Assembly: GCA_045653785.1 (NCBI GenBank)
Contig: JAZOMH010000028.1
Coordinates: 1,736-65,735 of the forward strand
Reading direction: 5' to 3'
DNA length: 64,000 nt
From: Faecousia sp.
Lineage (GTDB): Bacteria > Bacillota > Clostridia > Oscillospirales > Oscillospiraceae
Shown: piece after piece, positions 60,342 through 64,000 of the stretch
Position numbering within the stretch: position 1 is the stretch's first letter
How the letters are laid out: the number at the start of each line of letters is the position of its first letter
Program-made: the position numbers and the translations under genes
Notes under the pieces: generated by a model
Database searches by the model: none
What the model was told of the DNA's origin: nothing
Seen by the model: the letters and a program-made list of their open reading frames with translations, nothing else

Positions 60342-62081
60342 TTATTGCTGTTCAAGAAACTGGCTGTAGGTATAAATATTATTATCGCCGGCAATTTTTG
60401 ACAAAAAAGCCATAAAGACAGGATCCGTTTTTAATGATACAAAAAAGAACAATCGTTTCTTTGGCCTGGAGCAACACACATAGAAGAGATTGCGGTTTCG
60501 TTCAAAGGATGCCTCTTTCCCTTTAGGAATAGAGGCCTGGCCGGTTATCATAGGCGCATAGGTTTCAAATTGATATTGATTCCAGCCCTTACTAATAACA
60601 AATATTACATTATCGTATTCTTCGCCTTTAACACCATGTTCTGTAGAAAATTGCGCCTCTGGATGCAAGAATGCCTTTGCTGCTACAAATTCAGCATAAT
60701 CCAACTGCAAAAATGTTTGAATTGATGTGTCAGAGGCGTAAATCGTTTCGGGAGCCTTTTGATATAACTCATACCAACTATCCAACATAGGTGGAATAGG
60801 AACAAGCTCTGTTTGACGAATAACCTCAAAAACATCAATTGCCCGCTTGTTGCGTGCATCAGCTAATTTCTGATAGAGTGCCTTCCATTTGCTTTTCTCT
60901 GATTTTTTAGTAATTGGACATCGCTTCAATTTAAGCGCATCAAAAAGCAACTGCATATTGGATTTATCAAGCGCAGTATAGATTGTTTCAACGGTATCGA
61001 TAAAGAATTGTAGAAACGGATCCTCCTTATCCCGCAAACCGTCATTTAATATATCTAAAAGCCGATCATACCCTTGTTGTGCAGCGAGAATCCGGTGTGT
61101 AATCATTAGGATTTTCAGATTTTCATCATTCGGCGTGTTTTGTAGTATTTTATCTTTGACATTATTGAGACGAGTTCTTAACTCGTCTGCTGGTAGATCG
61201 CCATTGACATTACGTCCCGTTCGACGTTCCCCTGTGAAATCATCACAAGTAATAACTACAACTTCTCCGTCGAAATTGTCAATTGCAGATTTCTGTGGGA
61301 GGTCTGCCCGAATATCATTTAGCAACTTCACAATTCGTGGTGAAGATCTAAAATTTGATCCTTTTTTTATCACTTGGATTTTGTCATGCTCGATCATTCC
61401 ACATGCTTTATTAGACTGGTAAATGGTTTGCCAAGCATCACCAAAGAAGCCAAACTGAGGTCCGGAGTCTTTTGCAATGTAAAAGTCAATGAACCGGTCA
61501 ATGATGGGCTTGTACGAGTCTTGGTATTCATCGATAAGGATCAGGGGATATTTATCCGCAAACACCCGGCGAAATTTGGCGTTATCCAGGAGCAGGCAGA
61601 ACAGCTTTAGAACATCGTCATGATAAAGATACTGAATGCCATTTGCCTTATATCGATGCCCCAAAGTATATGTTACTTCAGTAACTTCATAAAAATCGCC
61701 CTCTTCCGTCAGAAAATCGGGATTGGTCGTAACAATATCAACTAAGACACTCTGATATTGCTTTATTGCATTCCAAGCAAAGGAGTGAATTGTGGAGGGC
61801 AGAATAAATGAATCTTTTGCGAGTCGTTCTGCAATCACATCCACTGCAGCGTTTGTATAGGTTATACAGACCACATTTTGTTTTTTACAACTATACTCAG
61901 ACCATTTGTTTGCCTGTATCCATTCGATTGCACGATTAAGAGAGTAAGTCTTTCCGGAACCCGCACCTGCTTCGACGCGAAAACTACGGCCAGATTGAAG
62001 GGTTTCGATAATTTGGGCATCGACCTTATCCGCTTCAGCTTTTGCCAGATCGTAGTTCGCACCTATATACCCCTCGGACAT
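60342..62081 (-). CDS. UvrD-family helicase, GajB-like
   Basis: AGAGSGKT, ITYTNAA, STIHSF, IDEYQD, GDAWQTIY, NFRS, HGVKGEE, LFYVCCSR. Confidence 0.88.
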   Translation of the reverse strand: MSEGYIGANYDLAKAEADKVDAQIIETLQSGRSFRVEAGAGSGKTYSLNRAIEWIQANKWSEYSCKKQNVVCITYTNAAVDVIAERLAKDSFILPSTIHSFAWNAIKQYQSVLVDIVTTNPDFLTEEGDFYEVTEVTYTLGHRYKANGIQYLYHDDVLKLFCLLLDNAKFRRVFADKYPLILIDEYQDSYKPIIDRFIDFYIAKDSGPQFGFFGDAWQTIYQSNKACGMIEHDKIQVIKKGSNFRSSPRIVKLLNDIRADLPQKSAIDNFDGEVVVITCDDFTGERRTGRNVNGDLPADELRTRLNNVKDKILQNTPNDENLKILMITHRILAAQQGYDRLLDILNDGLRDKEDPFLQFFIDTVETIYTALDKSNMQLLFDALKLKRCPITKKSEKSKWKALYQKLADARNKRAIDVFEVIRQTELVPIPPMLDSWYELYQKAPETIYASDTSIQTFLQLDYAEFVAAKAFLHPEAQFSTEHGVKGEEYDNVIFVISKGWNQYQFETYAPMITGQASIPKGKEASFERNRNLFYVCCSRPKKRLFFFVSLKTDPVFMAFLSKIAGDNNIYTYSQFLEQQ

Positions 62082-62094
62082 AACTATCACCCCC

Positions 62095-64000
62095 TTACTC
62101 AAGAACTCTTTGCTCATGTAGCCATTTTAATCCAGATTTTATATAATCCGGGATGCAATACTCGGAGCATTCATAAATGAGTTCAAGCGCAAAATCTGTT
62201 TTGCTTTTTCCTGTGAATTCAAGCTTTTTCTCGCTTATTTTATCACCTAATTTGTAGTGCTTTCGATTGACATTACGGATTGCCTCTTCCAAAGAATGGC
62301 CACATAGTCCATTTTCGGTTGTTTGGAACTCAATATGACATTTTCCTCTCGTCTTTTCGGATGGTGTCATAGCAATAATATCAGCAAGATCAATTGGGGT
62401 CGTATCATCATCGGGAAGACCCTTGTTTTTCCGGATCCACCATTTTATGGTTTCGTTAGATGTAGTTTGTCCTTCACTAACCGGTACAGATTTCTTTACT
62501 GTTTTTCCGGCGGTATTTACTTTACTTGCTACAGAATCGATGTCGGTGAGGATAAGACAAGGTAATCCCAAGAAATCAACAAACGGAATAAACTTATGTG
62601 CATATGCTCCGCCAATTTCAATCAACGCATAATACTGCGCAGATAGGGGGTGCTTACATGAATCAAACACCTCTCCCTGTTCGCATTTTTCAATCATATC
62701 TGGCAGCAACAGACGTTCAGAGGCACCTTCAACAAAAATTGCTTTATCTGCAAAGAACAAATCACACTTTGTCAAAGTTAAGTACTTTCTAATAAAATCA
62801 ACATTGTCAGAATTAGCTTGTGCAAAGGAGTTTAGGTTTTTATAAATCACTCCGGTATTAGACTTTTGTGCATAGCGCACCTTGGCAAATTCCATTGTAT
62901 TTGCTATGTGGGCAGAATGCGAGGTTAAAAAAGTCTGGATTCTTACTGAGGTAAGCTTGCTGAGGAATTTTTCTATGTATGCAGCGAAGGCAGTTTGCAC
63001 GTGTGGATGCATATGAGATTCCGGTTCTTCAATAAAAAGAAGCGGCAAACAGGCAACACCGCGTTTTTCAATATCCTTGGCGAACGCAGCAAGAAGAAAC
63101 TCCATTTTGATCAAGTTTTTATATCCAAGACCGTTATGTGAGCTTGGTAAGCTTTCATTGTTTGAGCCGGAGATATACGACAGCTTAGTTTGGTTTTTAA
63201 TCTGCTCATCAATACTGAGTTGTGTTGTGACACCAAGCTTCAATTCTTCGATATTGGGATAGCCAAATCCAATAGAATTATTTACAACTGCACTTAGGAT
63301 TTCATCGCTTTGCTTTTGAACATCCTTATTGGCCTTTCCAACGATTATGCGTAACTGCTTAATTTCTTCCGCAACCGCTGGATCCAAATCCGCCTCACTC
63401 TTATCAAAGAACCCGGAGATCAGAGAGCCAAGAGAGCTGTTGTGAGTATCGTCTTCTCCAAGCACACGTTCTGCTGGAATGCTGTGAAATGGGAATAAGT
63501 CACGTAATTCTTTTGCGCTTCTTACCTGATTATCCTCGGTGTTTTTGGGATTGATAGCATAGATAGTTAAGCCAAACAGTGTGCTAAACTTATCGGCAAT
63601 GATATCATGAGCTTCATCATCTGGAGAAAATGTACCATTCTTGTAATAACTGCCTTCCAAAAGTCCCCATAGTGCTTTTTCTTCGGTCTTCAGACGATAC
63701 TCCGCGTGAATGAGCGCAGTTGTAGTGTCTACATCAACATCGATAATAAAAGGTGCCAAGGCTCCTAAATTATCGTCCGGATCGTCCAATGAATAATCTA
63801 TTAAAAAGTCTATAGAGATAACCTCAATCTGTTTGCAAAGATCTTCATATGAGAGCTTTTTCTCCATAAATAACGCTATTTTAGCGTAGAAGTCCTCGCG
63901 TTTTGATAGTGGGTAATCATTGAAAGACACTGTTTTTCCATCCAACACATTACCGATACACTCAAAGCATGATGTTTTGGCAGTGTTGTTTCGTCCAACA
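62095..64000 (-). CDS. OLD-family ABC-ATPase/TOPRIM nuclease, GajA-like (5' end outside window)
   Basis: VGRNNTAKT Walker A at window edge, GLGY, IEEPESHMHP, TSHS, FVEGASE, TDID, SLEEA, KTDFA. Confidence 0.88.
   Translation of the reverse strand, partial: VGRNNTAKTSCFECIGNVLDGKTVSFNDYPLSKREDFYAKIALFMEKKLSYEDLCKQIEVISIDFLIDYSLDDPDDNLGALAPFIIDVDVDTTTALIHAEYRLKTEEKALWGLLEGSYYKNGTFSPDDEAHDIIADKFSTLFGLTIYAINPKNTEDNQVRSAKELRDLFPFHSIPAERVLGEDDTHNSSLGSLISGFFDKSEADLDPAVAEEIKQLRIIVGKANKDVQKQSDEILSAVVNNSIGFGYPNIEELKLGVTTQLSIDEQIKNQTKLSYISGSNNESLPSSHNGLGYKNLIKMEFLLAAFAKDIEKRGVACLPLLFIEEPESHMHPHVQTAFAAYIEKFLSKLTSVRIQTFLTSHSAHIANTMEFAKVRYAQKSNTGVIYKNLNSFAQANSDNVDFIRKYLTLTKCDLFFADKAIFVEGASERLLLPDMIEKCEQGEVFDSCKHPLSAQYYALIEIGGAYAHKFIPFVDFLGLPCLILTDIDSVASKVNTAGKTVKKSVPVSEGQTTSNETIKWWIRKNKGLPDDDTTPIDLADIIAMTPSEKTRGKCHIEFQTTENGLCGHSLEEAIRNVNRKHYKLGDKISEKKLEFTGKSKTDFALELIYECSEYCIPDYIKSGLKWLHEQRVLE

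Larger units (their letters stand above)
48524..64000. mobile_element. Integrative element 3 / defence island (continues past window; far boundary not seen)
   Basis: att core, AGTAGTA arm-like sites at 48670-48725, intact integrase and xis, defence cargo. Confidence 0.7.

Overview
Chromosomal window from an anaerobic Bacillota/Clostridia bacterium (Oscillospiraceae-like gene content, inferred). 1-29 kb is mostly core genome: the 3' part of an flx-type (Hdr-associated) oxidoreductase/fumarate-reductase/AAE-transporter operon, asnA, tRNA-Trp/Ile2/Leu, two rubrerythrins, argS, an ABC-F protein and CIRCE-controlled htpG. It is interrupted at about 11-18 kb by an accessory block. That block holds the most striking feature, a two-gene operon. 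One gene encodes an AvcD-like P-loop/Zn cytidine-nucleotide deaminase. The other encodes a trimeric Dcd/dUTPase-fold protein that lacks the Dcd catalytic residues and ends in two transmembrane helices. This is a candidate dU-nucleotide-signalling anti-phage system (hypothesis). 29-64 kb is a tandem and nested array of integrative elements inserted at the CHG codons of a low-molecular-weight phosphatase gene, with three separate 5' gene ends. It includes a nested ~12 kb MOBQ element with an 18-bp att repeat carrying an R-M-S fusion plus a HEPN-motif gene, a WYL-headed cluster ending in a catalytically degenerate PolC fragment, and a Gabija-like OLD+UvrD pair with a third nuclease. All assignments come from reading motifs by eye; no database search was run.
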